DNA from: Bradymonadia bacterium
GTDB taxonomy: Bacteria; Myxococcota_A; Bradymonadia; UBA7976; UBA1532
DNA: 64,000 nt
Assembly: GCA_046290225.1 (NCBI GenBank)
Contig: JBKAGE010000080.1
Location: 32,001-96,000 of the forward strand
Reading direction: 5' to 3'
The first letter of the stretch is position 1; the number at the start of each line of letters is the position of its first letter. Positions 1 to 9,099 of the stretch are shown in pieces. The translations under genes and the position numbers were made by a program. Under the pieces are notes generated by a model, which ran no database searches, was not told the DNA's origin, and was given only the letters and a program-made list of their open reading frames with translations.

Positions 1-1
1 C

Positions 2-1819
2 CACTACAGCGTGCGCGGGCGTACCTTCGAGGTGGAGAACTACACCGAGAGCCTCAGCGGGAACGACATCGCCAAGGTGGCCCTGCCCCAGACCGAGGAC
101 TGGGGCGATCTGATGCGCTGGGTGCTCACAGAGAACGTACCTGGGGCCTGGCCGTACACCGCGGGGGTGTTCCCCTACAAGCGCACCGGCGAAGATCCCA
201 CGCGCATGTTCGCCGGCGAGGGCACCCCGGAGCGGACCAATCGCCGGTTCCACTATCTGTCCCGAGGCAGCGCCGCAGCCCGGCTGTCGACGGCCTTCGA
301 CTCGGTGACGCTCTACGGTCGTGATCCTGCTCTGCGCCCCGACATTTACGGCAAGGTGGGCAACTCCGGGGTGAGCGTGGCCACCCTGGACGACGCCAAG
401 CGTCTGTACTCGGGCTTCGATCTCACCGCCCCCACCACCAGCGTGTCGATGACCATCAACGGCCCAGCGCCGATCATCCTGGCGATGTTCTTCAACACCG
501 CCATCGATCAGGCGGTGGAGCGCCGGCTCAAAGAGACGGGTCGCTGGGCTGAGGCTCAAGAGAAGATCAAAGCCCTCACACCTCACGATCCGGCTTACCG
601 CACTGACCTGCCCGAGGGGCACAACGGCGAAGGGCTGGGCCTGCTCGGCGTGAGCGGTGATCAGCTGCTGAGCGCGGAAGAGTACGCCGAGGTGCGCGCC
701 GCCACCCTCACCCAGGTGCGGGGCACGGTGCAGGCCGACATTTTGAAAGAGGATCAGGCTCAGAACACCTGCATCTTCAGCACCGACTTCGCCCTGAAGA
801 TGATGGGCGACATTCAAGCGTGGTTCATCGACCACGGGGTGCGCAACTTCTACTCGGTGTCGATCAGCGGCTATCACATCGCCGAGGCAGGGGCGAACCC
901 CATCAGCCAGCTGGCCTTCACCCTGGCCAACGGCTTCACCTTCGTGGAGTACTATCGGGCCCGAGGCATGCAGGTGGACGACTTCGCCCGCAACCTCAGC
1001 TTCTTCTTCAGCAACGGCGTCGACCCGGAGTACGCGGTCATCGGTCGAGTGGCCCGCCGCATCTGGGCGGTGGCCATGAAGAAGCTCTATGGCGCCGGCC
1101 CCCGCAGCCAGCAGCTGAAGTATCACATCCAGACGTCGGGCCGCTCGCTCCACGCTCAGGAGATCGACTTCAACGACATCCGCACCACGCTGCAGGCCCT
1201 CTACGCCCTGGCAGACAACTGCAACAGCTTGCACACCAACGCCTACGATGAGGCCATCACCACGCCCACGGAGGCCTCGGTCCGGCGGGCCCTGGCGATC
1301 CAGCTCATCATCAACCGCGAGCTGGGCATGATGAAGAACGAGAACCCCTTCCAGGGCAGCTACTTCATCGAGCAGCTCACCGATCTCGTAGAAGAGGCGG
1401 TGCTCAAAGAGTTCGACCGCATCACGGATCGCGGTGGGGTGCTCGGCGCCATGGAGGTGATGTACCAGCGGGGCAAGATCCAAGAGGAGAGCCTGCTCTA
1501 CGAGAGCCGTAAGCACAGCGGTGAGATGCCCATCATCGGGGTGAACACCTTCCTGGATCCCAATCCCTCGGAGGGCGTCGTGGAGGTGGATCTGATCCGA
1601 TCCACTGAAGCAGAGAAGCAGGCGCAGATCGACGGGGTGCAAACGTTCCAACAACGCGATGCTGATCGCTCTGCCAAGGCCCTCGAGCGCCTGAAGCGCG
1701 TGGCCTGGTCAGGTGGCAATGTCTTCGCCGAGCTGATGGAGACGGTGAAGTGGTGCTCTCTGGGGCAAATCTCCGAGGCCCTCTTCGAGGTGGGCGGTCA
1801 GTACCGCCGGAACATGTGA
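2..1819 (+). CDS. icmF: Methylmalonyl-CoA mutase family, most likely the C-terminal part of fused isobutyryl-CoA mutase/GTPase IcmF; 5' end lies outside the window
   Basis: Frame is open from base 2. Motifs [69 protein letters not shown]. Ends GGQYRRNM with no C-terminal B12-binding domain, as in IcmF. Confidence 0.85.
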   Translation, partial: HYSVRGRTFEVENYTESLSGNDIAKVALPQTEDWGDLMRWVLTENVPGAWPYTAGVFPYKRTGEDPTRMFAGEGTPERTNRRFHYLSRGSAAARLSTAFDSVTLYGRDPALRPDIYGKVGNSGVSVATLDDAKRLYSGFDLTAPTTSVSMTINGPAPIILAMFFNTAIDQAVERRLKETGRWAEAQEKIKALTPHDPAYRTDLPEGHNGEGLGLLGVSGDQLLSAEEYAEVRAATLTQVRGTVQADILKEDQAQNTCIFSTDFALKMMGDIQAWFIDHGVRNFYSVSISGYHIAEAGANPISQLAFTLANGFTFVEYYRARGMQVDDFARNLSFFFSNGVDPEYAVIGRVARRIWAVAMKKLYGAGPRSQQLKYHIQTSGRSLHAQEIDFNDIRTTLQALYALADNCNSLHTNAYDEAITTPTEASVRRALAIQLIINRELGMMKNENPFQGSYFIEQLTDLVEEAVLKEFDRITDRGGVLGAMEVMYQRGKIQEESLLYESRKHSGEMPIIGVNTFLDPNPSEGVVEVDLIRSTEAEKQAQIDGVQTFQQRDADRSAKALERLKRVAWSGGNVFAELMETVKWCSLGQISEALFEVGGQYRRNM

Positions 1820-1827
1820 GACTGACG

Positions 1828-2127
1828 ATGTATCCGCAATCAGGTGGCCCCACTGAGCCCCCGATCATGCTGCGCAGCTTGCGCTATGCGCTCATCAGCT
1901 TCTTCGTCTGCGCCATCGTGGTGGCGGGGCTGGTGACGCCCTTTCGGGATCTGGTCATCGGCAACCGCACGCTGTCGATGCTGATGATGATGGCCCCCCT
2001 CATCATCAGCTTCCCCTTTGCCTTTGCTGTGGGGTTGATGGCCCGGAAGCACAATCTGACGTTGTTCCCGGCCATGGGGGCGGTGTTTCGGGTGATTACG
2101 TTTCGTAAGGCGGTGAAGGGGGGCTGA
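1828..2127 (+). CDS. Small hypothetical membrane protein (2 TM)
   Basis: ATG 8 nt after the icmF stop; two hydrophobic segments. Confidence 0.6.
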   Translation: MYPQSGGPTEPPIMLRSLRYALISFFVCAIVVAGLVTPFRDLVIGNRTLSMLMMMAPLIISFPFAFAVGLMARKHNLTLFPAMGAVFRVITFRKAVKGG

Positions 2128-2129
2128 GG

Positions 2130-2468
2130 GGGCGCTCCGCGGGTAAGAGAGTTTGTCGGGCACGGGCACGGGCACGGGCACGGGCACGAGTTGATACATA
2201 CCTGGACCGGTGGCCCTTCCTGGATTCAGGGCGCAGGTTGTCATTGAGGCTGAGATGGTGCGCTTCAGAACAGCCTGAGAATTCAGGTCTTGGGGTGTAT
2301 GGAGGTCAAAAGCCTCCATTGAGAAGTAGGTGGGGCCAAGCAGAGCCTCCACCATCCCAAACCTACGAGCAGAGTCATACAGGGCCACCGGTCCAGGTAT
2401 GTATCAACTCGTGCCCGTGCCCGTGCCCGTGCCCGTGCCCGAAAAACTCTCTTACCCGCGGAGCGCCC
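2130..2468. mobile_element. Fold-back (MITE/REPIN-like) element family A, copy 1
   Basis: 88-bp arms at 2130-2217 and 2381-2468 are reverse complements with one mismatch; each holds (CGGGCA)5. The interior is homologous, in inverted orientation, to copies 2 and 3. Confidence 0.85.
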
Positions 2469-2537
2469 TCCACAACACCAAACCACCCACCCCCCTCACG
2501 AAATTGACGCCAAGAGCAGATCACCCACACTGCCCCC

Positions 2538-3731
2538 ATGGCACCTTCCCACCCGTTCAAACGTTGGACCGCCGGCTTCGCTGCCAGCGTCGCCATGGTG
2601 GTGGCCACCTTCGTGCCCTGGGCCCCTGGAGACGGCAGCTTCGGGATGCACGAGGGCATCGCCGGGGCCCCAGGCGTGCGATTTCTCGCTGGGCAGATCG
2701 CCCTCGGCACCGGCGTACTCTCACTGGCCCTGTGGTTGCTCAGTCGCGCCCGCCTCGGGGGGCTGATGGCCCTCGCTGGTGGCGCCACGGCGATGTGTGG
2801 GCTGGGCTTCGTGCCCACGCTGAGCCTCGGTGGCGAGCCGCTCTGGGGATTCTGGCTCTATGTCGTCACCGCGGGCCTGGCGACGGTGCTCTCCGTCAGC
2901 CAGCCGCTGCGCAGCAAAGCCGACGTGCGGGCCCTCAAAGACACCATCGACCATCGGCTCAACCCCCAGACGGGTGACAGCCGCTTCGTCGACACCCTCA
3001 TCATCACCCTCATCGCCATCAACATCGTGCTGGTGATGTTGGAGACAGAGCCGGAGATTGCCCACCAGTACGGCCCGAGCTTTCTCGTGGCGGAGACGAT
3101 CTCCACCTGGGTATTCGCCGTAGAGTATCTGCTGCGGGTGTGGGTGGTGGACGTCACTGACGATCGCCGCATGCCCCGGCTGCGCTATATGTTCAGCGTG
3201 ATGGCCATCATCGACCTGGTGGCCATCGCCCCGTTCTTCTTGCAGTTCATGCAGATGGACCTCCGCATCGCCCGGGCGATCCGCCTGATGCGTCTGCTCC
3301 GCATCTTGAAGATGGGCCGCTACGCCCGGGCGGTCCGCACCCTGGCCAACGTGGTGGTGAGCAAGCGCGAGGAGCTGGCGATCTCCACCTTCGTGAGCTC
3401 GATGGTGCTGATCTTGTCGGCGAGCGCGATGTACTTCGCGGAGCACGAGGCCCAGCCGGAGGCGTTCCGCAGCATCCCCTCGACGATGTGGTGGGCGGTG
3501 GTGACGCTGACGAGCGTGGGCTACGGAGATGTGTCGCCGGTGACGGGGGTCGGGCAGCTCATCGGGGCGGTGGTCTGCTTGTCGGGGGTGCTGCTGGTGG
3601 CCCTGCCCACGGGCATTCTGGCCTCGGGCTTTCTGGAAGAGATGCGCCGTCAGCGCATGGGCAACGAGAGCGAAGTGTTCGGGTTCTGCCCTCACTGCGG
3701 GAAGAGGCTGCTGCCTCATGAGGAGGATTGA
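2538..3731 (+). CDS. Voltage-gated-type potassium channel (Ion_trans) with extra N-terminal membrane region and C-terminal CxxC
   Basis: S4 LRIARAIRLMRLLRILK; pore WWAVVTLTSVGYGD; C-terminal CPHCG. Confidence 0.9.
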   Translation: MAPSHPFKRWTAGFAASVAMVVATFVPWAPGDGSFGMHEGIAGAPGVRFLAGQIALGTGVLSLALWLLSRARLGGLMALAGGATAMCGLGFVPTLSLGGEPLWGFWLYVVTAGLATVLSVSQPLRSKADVRALKDTIDHRLNPQTGDSRFVDTLIITLIAINIVLVMLETEPEIAHQYGPSFLVAETISTWVFAVEYLLRVWVVDVTDDRRMPRLRYMFSVMAIIDLVAIAPFFLQFMQMDLRIARAIRLMRLLRILKMGRYARAVRTLANVVVSKREELAISTFVSSMVLILSASAMYFAEHEAQPEAFRSIPSTMWWAVVTLTSVGYGDVSPVTGVGQLIGAVVCLSGVLLVALPTGILASGFLEEMRRQRMGNESEVFGFCPHCGKRLLPHEED

Positions 3732-3798
3732 GGGCCTTTCCCGATCGGTCCTATGAGGCTCTTGAGTTGGATGACTGGCTTTCCCTCAGAAGTTTACC

Positions 3799-3826
3799 GT
3801 ACACTTGTCAGTACGCTTGAACGTAC
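3799..3826. promoter_or_regulatory. Probable antitoxin operator: three GTAC-core sites at 12-bp spacing
   Basis: GTAC at 3799, 3811 and 3823, just upstream of the antitoxin start. Confidence 0.6.
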
Positions 3827-3843
3827 TCTTAAGGGCACTCAGG

Positions 3844-4128
3844 ATGTCGAGAATCCCTGCCATCATCCCAGTCACTGATCTCAGGCAAGACTCTGCTGCA
3901 GTGCTTGAGAAGCTCAAACACTCTGACGAACCTGTCGTCATCACCCAACGCGGCCGCGCAGCGGCTGTTTTGCTCGATGTCGATGCATACGAGCGCCTGG
4001 CCAACGAGCGCGATCTACTTCTGGCCCTCGCCGAGGGTGAGCGGGCAATTCGTAGGGGTGAGGTTTCAACGGCCAAAGAGGTATTCGACGACTTGGATAC
4101 GTTGTTTGATGAGGACGCACCCGAGTGA
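3844..4128 (+). CDS. Type II antitoxin, Phd/YefM family
   Basis: IIPVTDLRQ...EPVVITQRGRAAAVLLDVDAYE; GTGA overlap with the toxin gene. Confidence 0.9.
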   Translation: MSRIPAIIPVTDLRQDSAAVLEKLKHSDEPVVITQRGRAAAVLLDVDAYERLANERDLLLALAEGERAIRRGEVSTAKEVFDDLDTLFDEDAPE

Positions 4129-4412
4129 AGAAAGTTGTCTTCGCTGACCCAGCTCGCAAAGCGCTCATTGCACAGCTCAAGTACATACGTCAGCGCAATC
4201 CCAACGCAGCTCGCCGGATCAAGGACGAGGTCAAACAGGCCACCCTACGGCTATCAGAGTCTCCACACTCGGGACGCCCACTCTCAGAGTTTCCGCACGC
4301 CCAATATCGCGAAGTCATTGTAAGGCCGCTGAGGTTGTTCTATCGGCTAGAGGATGATGTTGTACTCATTGTAGCCGTTTGGCATACGTCACAATCCGCT
4401 GATGAACCGTGA
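4125..4412 (+). CDS. Type II toxin, RelE/ParE family
   Basis: 95 aa; YIRQRNPNAARRI...LSESPHSGR...YREVIVRPLRLFYR...VLIVAVWH. Confidence 0.88.
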   Translation: MKKVVFADPARKALIAQLKYIRQRNPNAARRIKDEVKQATLRLSESPHSGRPLSEFPHAQYREVIVRPLRLFYRLEDDVVLIVAVWHTSQSADEP

Positions 4413-4432
4413 GACGACTATCCAGACAACAG

Positions 4433-5174
4433 TCAACCAACATCAGAGCCCTCCTCAAAGGCCATAGAATTCAGAGTGCGATGAAGCATACTCCAATCAA
4501 GTTCAAGCCGGCCGTCTCTACATACATAGTAGTCACCCCCCAAAGACTCATAGGCGGAATGACGGTTTGAGGACAGAGGGTTCCAGAGACCAGCGAATCC
4601 AGGCCAAACGATTTCAGCTTCTCCAGACTTCATGAGAGTTCCCAAGCGCTCACGCCTTGCAGGCGTTGACTCTTGAGAGAGTGCGGTATGAGGCAAAAGC
4701 TGCATCTCATACAAGCAATAACTTACGAGAAAAGACGAAAGGCTCTCAGACAAAATAACACGTTTTGACGCCCTTCTTTCTTCAGAATCTACGCATCCTG
4801 ACTCGTAGCCACTGCAGTCACTCACCCATACCGGTGGGTCTTCTCCATAGGGAAGAGTGCCACATGACCAAACACACTGGTTCTCGAGGGCAAATATCAG
4901 TTCACCGCTTGAGCTGGGTTGCCAGAGAACAAATTCATTCTGCATGCCCAGTACCGATTCAGCAGCGGGGTGAATGCTCTGAGGCGGCGACCACCGAAGC
5001 GCATACCCATACAACCGCCTCAATGGCATCGGTAGTTGATACTTGTCCAACTCTTCAGACGGTACGCCATACTCGGGCTTCCACGGCCCGAGCCACCACG
5101 CCATGAACGCGCACAGCGCGTCCATCCTCTCTGCGGCTGTCCTTGCCCCCCATCAAATCCGGGCGCTCGCCCAT
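4433..5174 (-). CDS. Hypothetical protein, possibly SMI1/KNR4 (SUKH)-like; main ORF is 4433-5125, and the RBS-linked start at 5174 is one base out of frame
   Basis: LPMPLRRLY...IFALENQCVW...EDPPVW...LSESLSSFL pattern; lower GC; GGGAGG 6 nt before ATG 5174. Confidence 0.55.
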
Positions 5175-5193
5175 GCCCCACCTCCCGGTCAGC

Positions 5194-6219
5194 TCACCAG
5201 CGGCCCTGAATGTTGCCCATGAAGTTGTAGGGATACCCAGGCTCCACGGCGCTCGCGTCGTCGAGGGCCTTCATCTGCGCCTCCGTCAGCTTCAGATCAC
5301 CCGCAGGCAGGTTGTCTTCCAGCTGAGCCACTGAGCGAGCGCCGAAGATCACCGAGGTCACCGCAGGCTTGTGCAGGAGCCACGCCAGCGACACCTGGGC
5401 CGGCGTCGACTCTGTCTCTGCGGCCACAGCGTCCACCGCGGCGAGGATCTTCCAGTTCCGCTCCGAATCCATGCGGGCGTAGCGATCCTTCCAGTGCTCC
5501 AGGCGGGCGCCCGCAGGAGGCTCTTGCCCCTTGCGGTATTTCCCTGTGAGGAACCCGCTCGCCAGCGGAGACCAGGGGATGATGCCCAGGCCCCACTGCT
5601 CGCTCAGAGGCACATGCTCTCTCTCGAGGCCTCGCTCCAACAGGCTGTATTGCATCTGCAGGGCCACGTAGCGGTTCATGCGCTGATCGCGGCTCGTCCA
5701 GAGGCTGTCCACGAGACGATAGGCGGCGTAGTTACTCGCCCCGGTGTAGAGCACCTTGCCCTGGCGCACAAGATCGTCCAGGGCCCGGAGCGTCTCCTCC
5801 TCGGGCGTGTCCACGTCCTGCATGTGTATCTGATACAGGTCGATGTAGTCCGTCTTCAGGCGGCGCAGGCTGTCTTCACACGCCTTGATGATGCGACGAC
5901 GGCTCGCCCCAGTGCCCAGAGGGCCCGGGGCCATGCGGAACCGGCACTTGGTGGCCAGGACCACCTCGTCCCGACGGCCTGTGGCCTCGAACCAGTCGCC
6001 GATGACCCGCTCCGAGAGCCCCGCCTGGCCGTACACGTCGGCGGTGTCGAAGAAGTTCACCCCAGCGTCGAGGGCCCGGCTCATGATTTCGTGGCTGGTG
6101 GCGGCGGTGCTGCCCACCTTATGCATGAACGACGTCTCGTCGGCCTCGCCAAAGGTCATGGTCCCCAGGCACAGGGTCGACACCTTCAGGCCGCTGTGGC
6201 CCAGTCGTCGGTACTCCAT
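5194..6219 (-). CDS. Aldo/keto reductase
   Basis: LGHSGLKVSTLCLGTMTFG, FFDTADVY, ATK, DYIDLYQIH, PWSPLASG. Confidence 0.95.
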   Translation of the reverse strand: MEYRRLGHSGLKVSTLCLGTMTFGEADETSFMHKVGSTAATSHEIMSRALDAGVNFFDTADVYGQAGLSERVIGDWFEATGRRDEVVLATKCRFRMAPGPLGTGASRRRIIKACEDSLRRLKTDYIDLYQIHMQDVDTPEEETLRALDDLVRQGKVLYTGASNYAAYRLVDSLWTSRDQRMNRYVALQMQYSLLERGLEREHVPLSEQWGLGIIPWSPLASGFLTGKYRKGQEPPAGARLEHWKDRYARMDSERNWKILAAVDAVAAETESTPAQVSLAWLLHKPAVTSVIFGARSVAQLEDNLPAGDLKLTEAQMKALDDASAVEPGYPYNFMGNIQGRW

Positions 6220-6303
6220 CTCGCGCTCCTCAATGGTTCGCGGTGAACCATAGCGAGCCAGGGTTTCATTTGCGATGAAGCTGACAGTGTGGGTTGTCGG
6301 AGC

Positions 6304-6912
6304 TTACTTGAAGTCTTTGCGGGCCTTGTGTCGGCCATCGCACCAGGGCTTGTTCGCCGAGCGGCCGCAGCGGCAGAGAGTGCCGCGGTTCTCGGGCTGA
6401 CGCTCGTGCAACTCGGCGTTGATGGTGAAGGCCTCGAGGAGCCTGATCTCGCCACCCTCCATGATGTCGATGCTCACGCTCGGCACCTTGGCTTCGGGCT
6501 CTATGGCGTCGGGGGTCTTCACCTCGTAGCTCAGGGCGCCGGAGGGGCACTCCCCCACCACCTTCATGATCTCCGTCGCCGCGATGGCGTCGCCGGCCAG
6601 CTCGCGCTCTCGCAGCTCTTTGAGGGGCTTGCAGTAGAACACGTGCATGCAGGTGTTGGCGTTGAAGAAGGTGCGCAGGGTCTGGCCTTCCCACACCCGG
6701 ATCTCTTTCTGGGCCGGTGGCTCGCTGGTGCCCTTGAAGCCCACCTTGCTGTGTGATCCGTCACAGAACGGGGCGTTCTGACTCTCGCCACAACGACACA
6801 GATAGATGTCACCGTCGACTGGCACGGCGTTGCCGCAAAAATTCACAGTCTCAGCGTTGCTGACTTTGATGGGCCCATCAGGAATGACGAAGACATCGAT
6901 CTGCTCGGACAT
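6304..6912 (-). CDS. CDGSH iron-sulfur protein with two CDGSH domains flanking a divergent 4Fe-4S-type domain
   Basis: LCRCGES.NAPFCDGSH; CMHVFYC...CPSGAL; LCRCGRSANKPWCDGRH. Confidence 0.9.
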   Translation of the reverse strand: MSEQIDVFVIPDGPIKVSNAETVNFCGNAVPVDGDIYLCRCGESQNAPFCDGSHSKVGFKGTSEPPAQKEIRVWEGQTLRTFFNANTCMHVFYCKPLKELRERELAGDAIAATEIMKVVGECPSGALSYEVKTPDAIEPEAKVPSVSIDIMEGGEIRLLEAFTINAELHERQPENRGTLCRCGRSANKPWCDGRHKARKDFK

Positions 6913-7042
6913 GGTGACTCCCGTAAATGTCGCGCTGTGCCCGCCCTGGTCTTCAAGGGGGCAGAGGTAGGAGGCACCACGATCTGGAAAGTTGCAAGAA
7001 GAGACGCTGCGCTCACAGCAGGTGCTATGACAGGCAGATCTC

Positions 7043-8275
7043 TCAGTACGGATACAGCTTCGCCAGACGCGGATCAGCCTTCGTCACCTCCATGAGGCCA
7101 TCTTCCGTCTCGGTGCCCAACCACCAGAACCACTTCAGCTTCGGCAGAGCGCCGTCGGCGATCTGCTTCAGATGAGCCTTGCCAAAACCATTGCCGAACC
7201 GGATCCGCTCCAGCTTCTGCATGGATGGCGCCTGCAGCAGGGTCGTCACCCCCGCCTCAGTGAGCTGCGTGCCGACAATGTCGAGACCTGTCAGCTCGAT
7301 GCCCGTGTCGACAAGCGCTTGAGCATGGGCGTCGGTGAAGGGCGTGTTGTCGACCTTCACTGACTTGATGGTCTCCGGCAGCTTCGAAATGAGCGTGCTC
7401 AAACCGGCCTCGTTGAACCCTGTCTGCTCGATGTCGAGCAGCTCGAGGTTGGGCAGCTCACCAAGCCAGCTCTCGGGTGCCCGCCCGAGGGGGTTGTTGG
7501 GCATGTGCAACTCACGCATCTGCGACAGCGCCCCATCGGCCGCGAGGCAGGTGAAGGCCTCGTCGCTCAGCTCGTTGTATTCGAGGTTGATCCGCTCGAG
7601 AGACCTCAGCCACGACGCCCCAGCGAGGTGCTGTGCGCCTTCGAGGCCGATCCCGTTGAGGCCGAGATGCAGCGCCTTGAGGCCTTCGAGCCCAGGGGCC
7701 TTGGCCAGAGCTTTGGCGCCATCGGCGCGGATCCAGTTCTGGGTGAGCACGAGGCTCTCGAGGGCGGCCCAGTCGATCTTGGCGACGAGCTTGAGCTGTG
7801 TGGGCTTGAGCTCGCAGTACCACAGTCGGAACACCTTCCAGTGCTGCCACGGACCATCACCCTTGAAGAGCTTCAGGAACGTGCCTGGGGGCTTCACCTG
7901 ATCGAAGCCCACCTGTGCCACATTGCGCAACTCGGCGTCGGGGCTGATCACTTGGGGGAGCTTCTGATCCCGTAGAGGTCGCCGCGGGCTCTCCAGAATG
8001 CGGATCAACCGATGCTTGGGCTGATGGTTCCCGGTGTAGACCTCTTTGACCCAGTGCAATGGGGCACGGCGCATCTCGTAGTCAGGGCTGCCGTTGATGC
8101 CGGACCAGCCATCGACCCGGCTGGGCCAATGCTCGGATGCCTTCTCGAAGGCAATGACCGCACCAGCCTGCTTGCTCGCAGGCATCCGGTCGAAGATCTC
8201 GACGACCTTCTTCCACTTGTTGTTCTCGTACGTCGGCATGCCCTGGGCGAGCTGCTCAAGCTTCGTGATCGACAT
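7043..8275 (-). CDS. Leucine-rich-repeat (RNI-like) protein
   Basis: Repeated LxxLxLxxNxI/L units (LESLVLTQNWI, LKALHLGLNGI, LERINLEYNEL, LELLDIEQTGF). Confidence 0.8.
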   Translation of the reverse strand: MSITKLEQLAQGMPTYENNKWKKVVEIFDRMPASKQAGAVIAFEKASEHWPSRVDGWSGINGSPDYEMRRAPLHWVKEVYTGNHQPKHRLIRILESPRRPLRDQKLPQVISPDAELRNVAQVGFDQVKPPGTFLKLFKGDGPWQHWKVFRLWYCELKPTQLKLVAKIDWAALESLVLTQNWIRADGAKALAKAPGLEGLKALHLGLNGIGLEGAQHLAGASWLRSLERINLEYNELSDEAFTCLAADGALSQMRELHMPNNPLGRAPESWLGELPNLELLDIEQTGFNEAGLSTLISKLPETIKSVKVDNTPFTDAHAQALVDTGIELTGLDIVGTQLTEAGVTTLLQAPSMQKLERIRFGNGFGKAHLKQIADGALPKLKWFWWLGTETEDGLMEVTKADPRLAKLYPY

Positions 8276-8340
8276 GTATCAACCTCTGTTCGGGTAAAGG
8301 GCACCGCGATGAGATGAGGGGTAGAATCTCGCGTTGGTGA

Positions 8341-9009
8341 TCAGCTGGGCATGACGTTGGGGCCGCCTTTGGCCTCGGCCTCCTGGTAGCCAGCGCGGGC
8401 CTGTACTCGCTCCAGCCAGCCCTTCAGCTTTGGGGTCTTGGTGCCTCCGCGATGCAAGAGCGCCTGAACCGGGTAGGACATCTGCACATCGGCGGCGCTG
8501 AAAGCAGCGCCGGCAAACCACGCGTGCTCCGTGAGGTGGGCTTCCATGAACTCGGTGTGCAGTGCCAGCTCGGGATCGGTGTAGGCCTCGTCCACCTTGG
8601 TCACGAGGGTCTTGGCGATGGGCTTGATGAAGAAGGGCAGTGGGGCCTTCTTGATGCGGTCGAAGATGAGCCGCACCAGCAGCGGCGGCATCAGCGAGCC
8701 TTCGGCGTAGTGCATCCAGTAGCGGTAGTGAGCCAGCGACTGGGCATCCGTGGGCTTGAGCTTGCCCCCACCAGGACCATCGACGAGGGCCTCGATGACC
8801 GCCCCGGACTCCGCCATCACTACACCGTCGATGACGACGATGGGCGCCTTGCCCAGCGCGTGCACCTCTCTGAGCGCCGGATCAGCCCGCATGGTCTCCG
8901 GGTGGCGCTCGTAGGTCTTGAGCGTGTACTCGAGGCCCAGCTCGGCGAGCAGCCACAAGATGCGGTGAGATCTGGACTTCTCGAGGTGATGAACGACGAT
9001 CTCGGCCAT
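8341..9009 (-). CDS. Glutathione S-transferase
   Basis: HHLEKSRSHRILWLLAELG, HALGKAP, AESGA, HYAEGSLMP, FSAADVQM. Confidence 0.93.
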   Translation of the reverse strand: MAEIVVHHLEKSRSHRILWLLAELGLEYTLKTYERHPETMRADPALREVHALGKAPIVVIDGVVMAESGAVIEALVDGPGGGKLKPTDAQSLAHYRYWMHYAEGSLMPPLLVRLIFDRIKKAPLPFFIKPIAKTLVTKVDEAYTDPELALHTEFMEAHLTEHAWFAGAAFSAADVQMSYPVQALLHRGGTKTPKLKGWLERVQARAGYQEAEAKGGPNVMPS

Positions 9010-9099
9010 GGCCCGGCCTCTCCTTCGGTGTGTGATGTGCGGCGACGTTCACACGGGCTGTAGAGAGATCGCAAGGCCCCTTGCCTGTGGTGCGCGCTG

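Noticed and set aside
2130..2468. Family A repeats as a CRISPR array
   Set aside because: The repeats are inverted and dispersed, with no repeat-spacer periodicity and no cas genes.
1840..2977. ORFs containing VPVPVP, RARARA, CPCPCP or HGHGHG runs (also near 19329-19985 and 26734-27441)
   Set aside because: They are translations of the (CGGGCA)5 arrays. The interiors differ by indels and stops, so no reading frame is conserved across the three copies.
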